DNA of 64,000 nt from a virus. The first letter of the stretch is position 1. Each line of letters starts with the position of its first letter. The notes below the pieces were generated by a model. It was not told the origin of the DNA. It made no database searches and saw only the letters and a list, made by a program, of their open reading frames with translations. The stretch is taken from the IMG/VR virus record IMGVR_UViG_3300045988_057025; one strand, given 5' to 3'. Shown here piece by piece: positions 9,897 through 20,386 of this stretch. A program made the translations under genes and the position numbers.

Positions 9897-11096
9897 TTAT
9901 TCATAATCCCTTATACATTTTAACACTGGTTGTAGGGGAGTCCCTTCATCAGATAGATAGAAATACTTAACAGTAGCCATCTTTCCAATAAGCTCTTTAA
10001 GCCTTTCTCTATACTGCTGCTTAAGCTCTCTGGAACCCATCGGCTTAGCCTTAAATTCTATACCATCTTCAGTTATTAACGTAAAACACATATCCTCTTC
10101 TCGAAGACCTTCTGATAAGCCAGTAATTTCAAACTCTGCATCCTTGTAGAATTTAAATTTAAGCATATCATTAGTACGTTTTCCGAAGCCATACTCTTTA
10201 TCAGGATTTCTACATACTACTCCTTCCCAACCTTCTGATACATACTGGTCGTGGAGTTTCATTATATTCTCATATCCAGAAACCTTCTCCTGTGGAACTA
10301 ATTGCATTTGAAGTTCTCCTTCTTCCCATTCTCTATTTGGGTCAAATCCAAGATTAAGTTCCTTTTGCAACTGCTTAAGAATCTCTAATCTATCTGAGAA
10401 CTTCATTCCAGGAATCATGATGTCGTAAACATAATATTCAAGCCAGTCGCAGTCAACTGCGTTCTTCTCAAGACGAGCTGCTCCACTGATTTGTTGGAGG
10501 CTTTTACCATGTTTATACAACTCTCCATCAAGTATGTAAGCGGGATGAGATTCGAAGAACTTAAGCAATTTCTCATTTCTTCTGATATGACCTGTTGAAT
10601 AGTCATAATTTCCCCCTCCCCTAGAAGCAGATAAAATCTCACCATCCTTGTAGTAGAAGGAACACCTAACTCCATCAATTTTTCGGCTAGCATACCAATA
10701 CTTGACCTTATTGATTGAGGATTCTTTAACCTTATCTGCAGATTTTGCAAGCATATGCTTTGCAAATCCATTCTGGTCCGTCTTGATGTCTCCATAAAAC
10801 TCCTCCAATTGCGTTTCACTGTAGGTTTCCGGATCATTTTCCATTTCCTTGTAACCTTTATCTAAATATTTCTTAAGCTCAGACTTAAACTGTAACTCAA
10901 GCTGCTCTCTATGCGTTCTACCAGCCTTACCCTTAGTAATAACGATTTCTGGCTGTTCTGTCATCTTTCCATGTAGCTGTCCAGTAACTCTATTTATTAC
11001 AAATCCAGCTTTTTCTTCATCCCACTCTTCAGTAGTAGATAGGTATACAACTCTAAATTTACCAGTAGAGGCTTTGCTTAACAAATATTTAATCAT
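9897..11096 (-). CDS. ATP-dependent DNA ligase
   Basis: 399 aa; motif I KIDGVR, motif IV EGVVCR, motif V MLKFKF. Confidence 0.7.
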   Translation of the reverse strand: MIKYLLSKASTGKFRVVYLSTTEEWDEEKAGFVINRVTGQLHGKMTEQPEIVITKGKAGRTHREQLELQFKSELKKYLDKGYKEMENDPETYSETQLEEFYGDIKTDQNGFAKHMLAKSADKVKESSINKVKYWYASRKIDGVRCSFYYKDGEILSASRGGGNYDYSTGHIRRNEKLLKFFESHPAYILDGELYKHGKSLQQISGAARLEKNAVDCDWLEYYVYDIMIPGMKFSDRLEILKQLQKELNLGFDPNREWEEGELQMQLVPQEKVSGYENIMKLHDQYVSEGWEGVVCRNPDKEYGFGKRTNDMLKFKFYKDAEFEITGLSEGLREEDMCFTLITEDGIEFKAKPMGSRELKQQYRERLKELIGKMATVKYFYLSDEGTPLQPVLKCIRDYE

Positions 11097-11536
11097 TCTT
11101 CACAAAATTTGATTGGATAGTATTTATTCAGGTCAGAAATTATATCTCTAAAGTCTACATTCTCATTTATAGAATATTCTTCATCTACCTCACTAAGTAA
11201 ATCTTTGCAAATGTCAATGACAGTTTCCCTAGATATTGAGTATGATTTATTTTCGTAGTTATATCCTAGAAATGCAGCATCGTAGCAATAGTCCATAACT
11301 AGACATTCGTTGTCTGAGATAAAGTCATCCCAATTATTTATAAATTGTCCAAACAATGTGTCAACTATACTCCATTGAACTTCTTTAATAATTGAATCTT
11401 CAAGATCCTCTGGACATTGTGGAAAGTTGTCCATAATTAAACCTAACTCCCAATCAGAGTATGATTCCAAAGCTCTCTTAGTGTCCTCATAGCCAGGAAA
11501 CAATCTCTCCATTATATCTTCTCTTGTTTCTGTCAT
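11093..11536 (-). CDS. hypothetical acidic protein
   Basis: 147 aa ORF. Confidence 0.3.
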   Translation of the reverse strand: MTETREDIMERLFPGYEDTKRALESYSDWELGLIMDNFPQCPEDLEDSIIKEVQWSIVDTLFGQFINNWDDFISDNECLVMDYCYDAAFLGYNYENKSYSISRETVIDICKDLLSEVDEEYSINENVDFRDIISDLNKYYPIKFCEE

Positions 11537-11838
11537 TTCTGATAGTCTTTAACAATATTCCATAAATCATCTATGGTATCTGTAGGAATTACATTCCCAT
11601 CCTCATCATATGCCTGGTTTGGGTCTCCTCCGAATCCGGGCTTCTCAAACAACCACCAATTAACCCAGTCTACGCCCTCATCAGAGAAAAGTTCTGGGAG
11701 AACAACATTAAGGAAGTTCCAACCTAGTTCTGAAATAGGCAATTCAAACAAATCAATACCAAAGTCACTCCATCTATCCAGTTCCTTACTATAATTCAGA
11801 GCATTCTCAATCAGTTTAATAAATCCTTCTTTAGTCAT
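11533..11838 (-). CDS. hypothetical protein
   Basis: 101 aa ORF. Confidence 0.3.
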   Translation of the reverse strand: MTKEGFIKLIENALNYSKELDRWSDFGIDLFELPISELGWNFLNVVLPELFSDEGVDWVNWWLFEKPGFGGDPNQAYDEDGNVIPTDTIDDLWNIVKDYQK

Positions 11839-11843
11839 AACAA

Positions 11844-12167
11844 TTACCTTTTTATAATTTCCTTTTTAATATCTTCTTTCCAACCGCAATCACATTCCTC
11901 GGCTGCTGCAGTAAACGCTTTTTCTAAATTTCCACTTTCCATATATTCAGAGACCAATATGTCAGTATCAATATCATACCTTTCGATAATTTTCTCTGTG
12001 ATTACTTTTAAAGCCATTCCTTCTAGTTCCTCGTATAGGGCGTCTTCCAAATTACTAGATAATTCTTCCCATTCGTCATTCGTTTTAGAAATAGCTTTTC
12101 TGCTATCTTCTTGAGACATTCTAGACTCTAATTCTAGAATACGTTCTCTTAATTCTTCTTTTGTCAT
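11844..12167 (-). CDS. hypothetical protein
   Basis: 107 aa ORF. Confidence 0.3.
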   Translation of the reverse strand: MTKEELRERILELESRMSQEDSRKAISKTNDEWEELSSNLEDALYEELEGMALKVITEKIIERYDIDTDILVSEYMESGNLEKAFTAAAEECDCGWKEDIKKEIIKR

Positions 12168-12412
12168 GGAACTTTCAATACATTCTTAATAACAATCTCC
12201 TTCTTCATCTTACCAAACTGCTTCTCTATTTCATCTGGAATATTCACTTTTATGTCCATCAACGATGTTAGGTATTTAACTTTATCCCTAACATCATCAA
12301 TCAGAGCACCATTAGTTTTTATTCTCATTCCAATGTCTTCGATCCTTCTAGATAAGCATATAATTAGCAAGATATTACATAACCCTATTACTGCCAAAGC
12401 GTATACCATCAT
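12164..12412 (-). CDS. small membrane protein
   Basis: 82 aa with N-terminal hydrophobic helix. Confidence 0.3.
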   Translation of the reverse strand: MMVYALAVIGLCNILLIICLSRRIEDIGMRIKTNGALIDDVRDKVKYLTSLMDIKVNIPDEIEKQFGKMKKEIVIKNVLKVP

Positions 12413-12990
12413 ACTCCAGTATGTCCAAATCCACCTTCTCCTCTCTCAGTAGAGGGTAATTCTTCTACAGCCTCCCATTCTATAGTTTCATGCTTAGCAA
12501 TAATCATTTGGGCTATCCTCTCTCCGTCCTTTATTCGCACAGGATGATTAGAAGTATTAACTAGTACTATCCCTACCTCCCCTCTATAATCAGCGTCAAT
12601 AGTTCCTGGAGAATTTAAAACTGTAAGCCCATGCTTCAAAGCAAGTCCGCTTCTAGGACGGATTTGTGCCTCATAACCCTTAGGTAGAGCTATAAATAAC
12701 CCAGTAGGGATTAAACATCTACCTCCAGGTTTAATCTCAATAGTGGAGGCCGCTGGGATTGTAGCAACCTTCTTATCAGTTGGATTTCCCTCTTTGTCTA
12801 GGACAAATGGAGCATCTGGAGCCTCTATAAGACTTATAGCTACTACATCTGCATCAAAGAAGTTCTTTTCTGGTTTGCTGTCTACTAGTTTGATTCTACT
12901 AAAATCTCCACAGATATCCATACCTGCTGAAAGAGGAGTTTCATACTTAGGAAGTTGATGTCTGGATTTATTAATTATTGATACTTTCAT
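12409..12990 (-). CDS. dut: dUTP diphosphatase
   Basis: 193 aa; dUTPase motifs [34 protein letters not shown]. Confidence 0.8.
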   Translation of the reverse strand: MKVSIINKSRHQLPKYETPLSAGMDICGDFSRIKLVDSKPEKNFFDADVVAISLIEAPDAPFVLDKEGNPTDKKVATIPAASTIEIKPGGRCLIPTGLFIALPKGYEAQIRPRSGLALKHGLTVLNSPGTIDADYRGEVGIVLVNTSNHPVRIKDGERIAQMIIAKHETIEWEAVEELPSTERGEGGFGHTGV

Positions 12991-13525
12991 GGAGCAAAAT
13001 AAATTCTTTTAAGTAAAACTTAGCATCTATAATACACTTGGGAACTAGTCCTTCTAACTCTAAATCGTTTCTTATAGCGTCCCTCACAATGGTAGCCGAT
13101 ATTCCTTCTTCTACCTGTTCTCTAGCCATAAGAGTCATAGATATGTAATCCTTTAGCATAAACTTTGGAAACCATGTAGTAATGATTTCATACCCATCAC
13201 TATAGTAGATATTAAAAGAGGATTCTTTTATAATACTAACTATATTAGCATATAAATAGAATCCCCAATCCTGAGAGTTGTCTGACTCATCAGTTAAATC
13301 CTTAAGAGGATGTATCACACATTTATTAAGCAGACTTTCCTCTTCTAGCGCTGTCTCTAATAATCTCATTCTAATATTTATCGGAATGGGATTTCTAGCA
13401 TTTATTTTATCAGCACTTCCAACCAGCAAAAGAACCTTATCATTCTCTAAACAGGCTTTTCTAATTAAAGCTAGATGCCCATTATGAATGGGCTGAAATC
13501 TAGCTAAAATAACTCCGTATTTCAT
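12971..13525 (-). CDS. nicotinamide/nicotinate mononucleotide adenylyltransferase (NadM-like)
   Basis: 184 aa; N-terminal [14 protein letters not shown] nucleotidyltransferase HxGH motif. Confidence 0.7.
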   Translation of the reverse strand: MKYGVILARFQPIHNGHLALIRKACLENDKVLLLVGSADKINARNPIPINIRMRLLETALEEESLLNKCVIHPLKDLTDESDNSQDWGFYLYANIVSIIKESSFNIYYSDGYEIITTWFPKFMLKDYISMTLMAREQVEEGISATIVRDAIRNDLELEGLVPKCIIDAKFYLKEFILLHESINN

Positions 13526-13833
13526 TTGGAATCTTTTTGTTTATTAGTTATCTCTGTAGTTTTAATTATCTCTCTAAAGTCTAATAACTTCCAGTTCTGT
13601 CTCTTATATTTCTTATGGTCTTGTGCGAAATCCTTTAAATCAGATTTGTTACAAAACAAAGCAAAAGCATAATCAACTATAATTTCAGAAATCTTTTCGT
13701 AGTTCTGCTCCTTATTTGTAGTCAAGTTGAGAATTACATCATCAATTTCTAAATCTGGACAGTTGTATTTAGCTGGAATATAGTTTTTGTCGTTATAATA
13801 AACGCAAACAATATTTGTAAATTTTCTAATCAT
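13522..13833 (-). CDS. hypothetical protein
   Basis: 103 aa ORF. Confidence 0.3.
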   Translation of the reverse strand: MIRKFTNIVCVYYNDKNYIPAKYNCPDLEIDDVILNLTTNKEQNYEKISEIIVDYAFALFCNKSDLKDFAQDHKKYKRQNWKLLDFREIIKTTEITNKQKDSK

Positions 13834-14180
13834 ATTAAGCTAGTTAATTCTCTTAATTTAATAGGAGTAAATTCAAAGTTAAACCAATCTCCGTCTATGG
13901 TCTGAAACATATGAGAATCCCAATCTATTGTTGTAATCTTTGGGACTGTTTTCACAGGATTACAATTAATGATTACAGGAAGTCCTACCTTAAATGCTCC
14001 AGTGATACCATCATAGACCTTTCCGGCACCAGATTTGTGCCAAACCTTTATTCTACCATGTTTAGAGTGGAGAAGATCTTCCTCCTCACTAGTGAAATCT
14101 TTGAAGATGTTCTCCTCCAAACCCTTTATCAGAAGACACTTTTTACTAAGAATATCAGATACATCACTCTTTTCTACCAT
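13830..14180 (-). CDS. hypothetical protein
   Basis: 116 aa ORF. Confidence 0.3.
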   Translation of the reverse strand: MVEKSDVSDILSKKCLLIKGLEENIFKDFTSEEEDLLHSKHGRIKVWHKSGAGKVYDGITGAFKVGLPVIINCNPVKTVPKITTIDWDSHMFQTIDGDWFNFEFTPIKLRELTSLI

Positions 14181-14466
14181 ATACAGTATAATTATTTAAT
14201 GTTTTAAGTATCTCACCTATAGTACAAGTATTAGCCTCACTATAAAAAGCCATTACTGGTTCTGAATCATTATTGATGAGCACTGCAAAAGGAGTATGTC
14301 TAGCACTAAAGCCTCCTTTAATTTTAAAAGCCTTCTTTCTCTCCTTAAATAAACCTTCATGATAAGACTCTAATTCAATTAATGGATAGTTAGGAAGAAT
14401 ACTTTTCAGCTTGTCAACCAATATTTGACTGTCGTCGTCATACACTACTTTAAGAATCATTTCCAA
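14164..14466 (-). CDS. hypothetical protein
   Basis: 100 aa ORF next to nrdG. Confidence 0.3.
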   Translation of the reverse strand: MEMILKVVYDDDSQILVDKLKSILPNYPLIELESYHEGLFKERKKAFKIKGGFSARHTPFAVLINNDSEPVMAFYSEANTCTIGEILKTLNNYTVYGRKE

Positions 14467-14957
14467 AAACGTGATGTGATGTCTTTAGTTATGGGTTTTC
14501 CATAACTATTATCTATTTGAAGCATTACTTGGTTAGTAGTTCTACTGCTGAGGGGTCCTTTTTCTTCAATATATGGTCCAAGTTTTATATAATCAAAATT
14601 ATTTAGATTAATACTCTTAGGTAGACTTTCTCTACCACTATACCAAGCAACCTTTAAATCTGGATAGAAATCCTTAAGGTAACTAGCTAATACATTAACT
14701 AGTGTTGGGTCTGAATCTCCTCCCATCATAGAAACACATGAAATACCAGGGGACTTTTCTATTAGTTCGTCAATGTGAATTACAAAGTCGTCTGAGTATC
14801 CTTTTGGATATTCTATTAGGGGATTGCCAATATCCTCTGCCAAATATGAAGAATGACACCCCGGACAATGACATGGACAATTAGATATATTTATTGCTAA
14901 GGTAATCTCGTCTGGAATCTCCTGAAAAACTACCTTGGTGTCTACATACTTTAACAT
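14457..14957 (-). CDS. nrdG: anaerobic ribonucleotide reductase activating protein
   Basis: 166 aa; Cys cluster NCPCHCPGCHS; adjacent to nrdD. Confidence 0.6.
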   Translation of the reverse strand: MLKYVDTKVVFQEIPDEITLAINISNCPCHCPGCHSSYLAEDIGNPLIEYPKGYSDDFVIHIDELIEKSPGISCVSMMGGDSDPTLVNVLASYLKDFYPDLKVAWYSGRESLPKSINLNNFDYIKLGPYIEEKGPLSSRTTNQVMLQIDNSYGKPITKDITSRFWK

Positions 14958-15622
14958 ATCTCTTCTATTTTTCTATTATCAGTGTCTAATAAGAAACACC
15001 TTCTTACGTCCAGACAAGCCCATTTATCAGTGATAATAGGCTCTGACTCTAGTTGAGTATGTCCAAAGATTTGATAGCAGGTATCTTCTCTATCTCCCTC
15101 AGAGACATCACTCCATACCATGCTTCCAGTATCTTGGTCTCCGCCTCTCAGAAATGATACCTTCCATAAGAATGGAACTAACTCTCTAGTAGTTAAGGTA
15201 GTAAATCTTTCAATATCATATTCTGGAAGATATGTTCTCAACCAATCTCTGGTAATGCCAGCATGAGTGAATAAATAATTTCCTTCTCTAAAATAGAGTC
15301 TAAATAGCCCTATATTTGTACTAAATAAGTTTTTGATTTCAAACTCGTTTTCATAATCATATCTGGATGCACTTCCAAAATCGAAACAGTAAGCACAATC
15401 GTGATTTCCCAACAATAGTACAACCTTGTCAGGATTATCGTTTTTGAACTTAATTATTTCCTCAAACTCTTTAATGGCATTAAGTCTAGAGATACATTCC
15501 CAAGGGTACGGATCTAGGTAGTCTCCTAAGAAGACTACCTTATCCACACTGTTTATCATTTCTTTGGCTTTATGCCAAAACTTTCTCCCATGAACATCTG
15601 GGATAATTAAGTATTTACTCAT
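14951..15622 (-). CDS. calcineurin-like metallophosphoesterase (second copy)
   Basis: 223 aa; IPDVHG, LGDYLD, GNHD, GHT motifs. Confidence 0.65.
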   Translation of the reverse strand: MSKYLIIPDVHGRKFWHKAKEMINSVDKVVFLGDYLDPYPWECISRLNAIKEFEEIIKFKNDNPDKVVLLLGNHDCAYCFDFGSASRYDYENEFEIKNLFSTNIGLFRLYFREGNYLFTHAGITRDWLRTYLPEYDIERFTTLTTRELVPFLWKVSFLRGGDQDTGSMVWSDVSEGDREDTCYQIFGHTQLESEPIITDKWACLDVRRCFLLDTDNRKIEEIC

Positions 15623-15834
15623 ATAGATTTTATATTAAAATTTAATTCATTAGATACCATATAATAAGTATCTTCCCATCTATGATTTTCTCTAATAAGA
15701 TTTTCAATTTCTTCTTTACTCAAATCATTTTGAGAAGTATACACTGTTGTGGTATCTATCGAATAATCCAAAACAGTTATATAAATCATACTACTCGGTC
15801 TAATCGTTGATAAGCATTTATATCTTCTTCCCAA
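15619..15834 (-). CDS. hypothetical protein
   Basis: 71 aa ORF. Confidence 0.3.
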   Translation of the reverse strand: MGRRYKCLSTIRPSSMIYITVLDYSIDTTTVYTSQNDLSKEEIENLIRENHRWEDTYYMVSNELNFNIKSI

Positions 15835-16094
15835 CTATCACAACTTTCCTTGCTTCCTCTACAGAAATATGCAAAGTTTGCACAAGTTAAGCATCCCTTA
15901 CATAAATTCTCTTTAGCATAATCTAGTAATAGTTGTTTCTTCTTGACTTCATCATTATAGTAGAACACTATTACATAACTATTCCTTGCTGGAGACATCA
16001 TTTTTGAAATAGACATATGTTCTATTTCACATTTCTTATTTAGATAATCTTCCAGTTCTTCTGGCTTTCCGCAAAATTCTTCTACTTTATACAT
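15786..16094 (-). CDS. hypothetical Cys-rich protein
   Basis: 102 aa; CKGCLTCANFAYFC cluster. Confidence 0.3.
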   Translation of the reverse strand: MYKVEEFCGKPEELEDYLNKKCEIEHMSISKMMSPARNSYVIVFYYNDEVKKKQLLLDYAKENLCKGCLTCANFAYFCRGSKESCDSWEEDINAYQRLDRVV

Positions 16095-18255
16095 TTTTAC
16101 TATAAGTTCTCTTTTCAGCCTCTATTCTTCTATCCTTACCAAATGCAGTAATAGGTCTTAGATAGCCAATAATTCTAGTATACTGGGTAATATGCTCACT
16201 TCCACACTTTGGACATACTTTGATTGGGGCTTTTACAATATGTTTACAATCCTCACACTTACTGTTCGGAATATTAAACGTAAAGTAGTTAGTTCCTTGT
16301 TCAATAGCAAAATCTATGAGCTTCAAATACTGCTTCTTAGATAAATGTTCCTCTAGGTTTATGTGAGCTGCGCTACCCCCATCAGTATATTGATAAGTCT
16401 GTCTCCCATGAAGTATAAACTTATCTAATACAGAGGTATCATCATGGGCATTATAAAAATAGCTATTGTACAAATTCCTATCTTCTGGAACCCAATATCC
16501 ATCTTCTTTATCCCATCTATAATTTTTACCACCAAGTCCCTCTGCTGGAACAACTTCAGAATTAAATAGGAAAGGTCTTTTCTTATCGTGGATGGAATGA
16601 ATCTTATTCTGCTCCTTAATAGTTCCGAGGATTAGCTGCAAGAACTCGAAATACTCTGGATTATTAGATACTTTCAGTCCCAGGAACTCAGCAGCTTCAT
16701 TCAAACCATTTAAACCAATAGTACTGTATAGGTCTTTAATATTGATATATCCACCATTAGAAGAAGCAAACATCTTCTTTTCTTCCCATTCATAGAGCAT
16801 AGTCTTATAAGTAATGTGATACTTATAAACTCTTTCTAGAATATTCACTAAGTATTTCTTGAGCAGTGGAATATTGTCTTTGCAATGAAGAAGATTCTTA
16901 TCTCCCTCTTCACTCCACCAGGTGGTTTCTTCCTTAGCCCAATCCTGAACAATTCTGTTAATGTTTAAAGTAATTACATTACAAGAACCAGTTTTCACTC
17001 CAGTCATACCAGAGGTAGGACTAAATGTATTCTCCGCCAATTCATTACGAAGTCTACAACACGAAGCTAGACTATCTGCACTATCAGAAATATAAGTAAA
17101 GAAACTATGACCTTGTGCATACATTTCTGCACACAAATCTTTGTATTCCTTATCTATAATATCTTTTCCGTCATGCACCATAGCGAAAGTTTCAACTGGG
17201 AAGGTTAGTACCTGTTTCAAACGCAGCTTGTTGAACCAAGACATAAATAGTCTTTGCAATGTATCAATCGCACTCCACTCCGGTTTCGTTCCATCTGGAT
17301 AATAAAACTCTCCAAACAAGGACTCGAAGTATGTCTTATCATAATATGATACATTAGTAAAGGGCGACTGATAGCTTCTATTTCCAGCAGGCTGATTAAT
17401 TCCCCAAACAAATTGTTTGAATGCTTTGAGAATACTGTCTTTAATAGTACGCTTAATGAGTGAATGCTCGGAGGTACATATACAGCCAAGCTTTTCATAC
17501 CATTTTTCTCCATATTCAGCTATGATGTAATAATTAAGAGCAATGAAGTAGCTTCCCACAGCTACTGCTCCTTTACATTGAGAAGACAGTAGAAATACTA
17601 GATTAGTAACCTGTCCACTGAATGACTGCAAATCATTAGGAGGACCTGGAGTAACTCCGTCGATATTGCCTACTCCTTCAAGCATTAAGGGATATAATGA
17701 AACTGCCATACAATACTGTTTAAGTACTGAGGTAGAAGCTTCATCATGAGTATAGATAATATGACTATCTAAGTCTCTAGCATATTGGGAAGATAATTCA
17801 GGATAAAGAAGTTTTAATTTCTTCTTCATACGATAGCGTTGAATTTCTCTGTTTTCGCGCTTTCTGTCTTCACTTTCTAATGTAGCAACATTCTTAGATA
17901 CAACATTAGCATTTCCATCTGTTTCAGATGAAGTGGCTGCATTTTCAGAACTATTTATATAGTTGTCTTGATAACTAATCTTAGCTATGATTTCTCTAAG
18001 CCTAGATTGCTCACTTCTATATTGAGAATAAGCCGAGGCTACATCATCATAACCATAGTCTCTCAAGGTCTCAATTACAACATCTTGAATTTCTTCAATA
18101 GTAATTCCATCCCATAAATGCATATCTGATACCATAGCATTAATAACGTCTCTGTTCTCATCTGGGCAGCAGGCGTTAAATGCCTTAGATATTGCTTCTA
18201 CTATTTTATTACTATCAAACTCCTGTAAACTTCCGTCTCTTTTTACTACCTGCAT
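16087..18255 (-). CDS. nrdD: anaerobic (class III) ribonucleoside-triphosphate reductase
   Basis: 722 aa; N-terminal ATP-cone (VKRDGSLQEFD), C-terminal CxxC...CxxC zinc site and glycyl-radical motif RIIGYL. Confidence 0.85.
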   Translation of the reverse strand: MQVVKRDGSLQEFDSNKIVEAISKAFNACCPDENRDVINAMVSDMHLWDGITIEEIQDVVIETLRDYGYDDVASAYSQYRSEQSRLREIIAKISYQDNYINSSENAATSSETDGNANVVSKNVATLESEDRKRENREIQRYRMKKKLKLLYPELSSQYARDLDSHIIYTHDEASTSVLKQYCMAVSLYPLMLEGVGNIDGVTPGPPNDLQSFSGQVTNLVFLLSSQCKGAVAVGSYFIALNYYIIAEYGEKWYEKLGCICTSEHSLIKRTIKDSILKAFKQFVWGINQPAGNRSYQSPFTNVSYYDKTYFESLFGEFYYPDGTKPEWSAIDTLQRLFMSWFNKLRLKQVLTFPVETFAMVHDGKDIIDKEYKDLCAEMYAQGHSFFTYISDSADSLASCCRLRNELAENTFSPTSGMTGVKTGSCNVITLNINRIVQDWAKEETTWWSEEGDKNLLHCKDNIPLLKKYLVNILERVYKYHITYKTMLYEWEEKKMFASSNGGYINIKDLYSTIGLNGLNEAAEFLGLKVSNNPEYFEFLQLILGTIKEQNKIHSIHDKKRPFLFNSEVVPAEGLGGKNYRWDKEDGYWVPEDRNLYNSYFYNAHDDTSVLDKFILHGRQTYQYTDGGSAAHINLEEHLSKKQYLKLIDFAIEQGTNYFTFNIPNSKCEDCKHIVKAPIKVCPKCGSEHITQYTRIIGYLRPITAFGKDRRIEAEKRTYSKNV

Positions 18256-18256
18256 A

Positions 18257-19024
18257 TTAAATACCCATTACGTCCTTAATTAACAATGTCTTCTCAAATT
18301 TATTAACCAAATCTCTCTTATCTTGGGTAATCAGGTCAGTAAATGCGTTATACACAGTAAATCCGTCTACAACATTGTCCGTCGTATAATACTTAGATTT
18401 TTCATCATAAAATAAATCTTTATAAACGTCAATCGGAGCAGATTCAGCTAATTTTACAGAACCAAATCCCATATTGATTTTAGAATTGATGCAATTATCA
18501 ACCCAGTGGCCTAGGTCAGCGTATATATCATCTTTCTTATATTCCATCTCTGAAAGCTTCTTAAGCATCAAGTTAGTTTCGTCTGTCATTGACATAGCAT
18601 TTCTCAAAAAGCTATAGTTAATAGCAGATTCAGGCTCTAGCTCAGAAACATTTAACATTTCTGGATTAAATACACAAAGATTTAGACAAGCCATATTCAA
18701 AGCTCCTACATAGAACTTAACTAATGGTTTACGAGTATCTAGAGCATAAATCATACTGATTACTCTCTTATGATTGTCCCAAGCATATTCGTCAGGTAAA
18801 ACTCCTTGAATCCAAACTCTATTGTATATTACATCGTCAAAATTAATCTCCCCGTCTTTAGTAAGTGATATTTGGTCGGCAGGCTTAGCATTAATGATAA
18901 AGTTATCAGTCATCTTAGATACTCTGTCTATAAACGGAGTCACATAAGCTTCTGTAGTAAAATACTCCTTATCCTTAATTCTAGTTGCCTTTCCCTGCAT
19001 CAATTGTTCAATCGTCAATTCCAT
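18257..19024 (-). CDS. hypothetical protein
   Basis: 255 aa ORF. Confidence 0.3.
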   Translation of the reverse strand: MELTIEQLMQGKATRIKDKEYFTTEAYVTPFIDRVSKMTDNFIINAKPADQISLTKDGEINFDDVIYNRVWIQGVLPDEYAWDNHKRVISMIYALDTRKPLVKFYVGALNMACLNLCVFNPEMLNVSELEPESAINYSFLRNAMSMTDETNLMLKKLSEMEYKKDDIYADLGHWVDNCINSKINMGFGSVKLAESAPIDVYKDLFYDEKSKYYTTDNVVDGFTVYNAFTDLITQDKRDLVNKFEKTLLIKDVMGI

Positions 19025-19694
19025 TTATTTCTTCTTTTAATATACTATTAAGTATCTCTCCAGTGTCTGCCAAATCTACTCTGTCTGGCATCATCTCAAA
19101 CGGTAGGTCATCTGCATCAAAATCCAGCATAATTTGCTTCATATTAGATGTCTTATCTCCCCAATACTCACTTGGGGAACTTGTAGCTTTAGATATTGAA
19201 TCTTCTAAGGTATTAATTAATCTTTTAATATCTTCAGTCATAGTTGCATGACATACAAACTTCGGAGTTGTTATCAAAAACATCCCAAAGTGGTCAATAA
19301 TGAATTTATTGATATCTGTATAACCAAACTCCTCCGCCAAATCTTTTAATTTTTTACTAAACTTGGTATATTGGTAGTTCTTTATTTTGAAGTAATAACC
19401 TATATCTTGAAGAAGTGCTTTCTTTAGGCAAGTTTTGTATCCTCTCATAGTCCTACCCACAACAGAATCCCCTACTTTGCATTCGTGCAATATAAAGGTT
19501 ATTTTTCCATCTTTGAAGTACCATCCAAATCCATCTGTCCAATAAAACTTTAGTAGTATACATTCCCCATTAGAGGATGTGCTTATACCTAGTTTTACTG
19601 CATCTTCTAACATAGGTTCATTACTGACTACCCCATTCTCGTCCAAAGCATTATACAGGATTTCTTCACCTGTGTACCGTTTCCATTTATCCAT
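19008..19694 (-). CDS. hypothetical protein
   Basis: 228 aa ORF. Confidence 0.3.
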   Translation of the reverse strand: MDKWKRYTGEEILYNALDENGVVSNEPMLEDAVKLGISTSSNGECILLKFYWTDGFGWYFKDGKITFILHECKVGDSVVGRTMRGYKTCLKKALLQDIGYYFKIKNYQYTKFSKKLKDLAEEFGYTDINKFIIDHFGMFLITTPKFVCHATMTEDIKRLINTLEDSISKATSSPSEYWGDKTSNMKQIMLDFDADDLPFEMMPDRVDLADTGEILNSILKEEINGIDD

Positions 19695-19769
19695 TTAATC
19701 GTTAATTAGTTGTTACACTTTCATAATTAAATTACGTTTTATATCTATCAAACTTAAATTTATCTCAAA

Positions 19770-19805
19770 ATAAAAAAGGAAGACCACCCTAAGGTAATCT
19801 TCCTT
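19770..19805 (-). terminator. rho-independent terminator after gene 19829..20386
   Basis: minus-strand hairpin GGAAGA-14 nt-TCTTCC followed by a T6 run. Confidence 0.6.
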
Positions 19806-19828
19806 TTAAAACTTATATCTTTAAGAAA

Positions 19829-20386
19829 TTAGGCTTCGATACCGAAAGCAATCCAAGTACCGTTCTTAGTGTTCTTAGAAGGAGTATATTGTGCAGTTGC
19901 TACTACAGCTTGTCCCTCAACAACATCCTTAGTCTTTACTAACTCAGCATTTCCTTTGTACTTACCGCTCTTATACAGCTCCTTAATTGCATTCTTAGCG
20001 TCAGCCTTGTTAGTATCAACCTGACAAACTACTGTCTGAGTTTCCTTGTCAATCCACTTGTAGAATGTTTTAAACTTACGTTTTCCATCACCCTTAACAT
20101 CGTCAATCTTATACGGACGCTCACGAGTGTCAGCAACAGACGATTCAACAGTAATCAAATAACCAGCACCAGGGCAGTTCTTACCTTTCTTTGCAAGATA
20201 TTCAAGCATGAACTCTTTTACATCACGCTCTGTGATACCCTTAGTCTGTTTAGCTTTCCAATTTTTGTAAGCCTGTGTTGCATCTCCGTTTACGTGGAAC
20301 AATGTGCTTTCTACTTGTGCGATTGCTGCTTCTTTGCTTTCTGCTACTACTTCTACTTTCTTAAAATTCAAAATCGTTGTACTCAT
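19829..20386 (-). CDS. hypothetical Lys-rich protein, stand-alone transcription unit
   Basis: 185 aa; preceded by 600 nt non-coding region and followed by a strong terminator. Confidence 0.45.
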   Translation of the reverse strand: MSTTILNFKKVEVVAESKEAAIAQVESTLFHVNGDATQAYKNWKAKQTKGITERDVKEFMLEYLAKKGKNCPGAGYLITVESSVADTRERPYKIDDVKGDGKRKFKTFYKWIDKETQTVVCQVDTNKADAKNAIKELYKSGKYKGNAELVKTKDVVEGQAVVATAQYTPSKNTKNGTWIAFGIEA

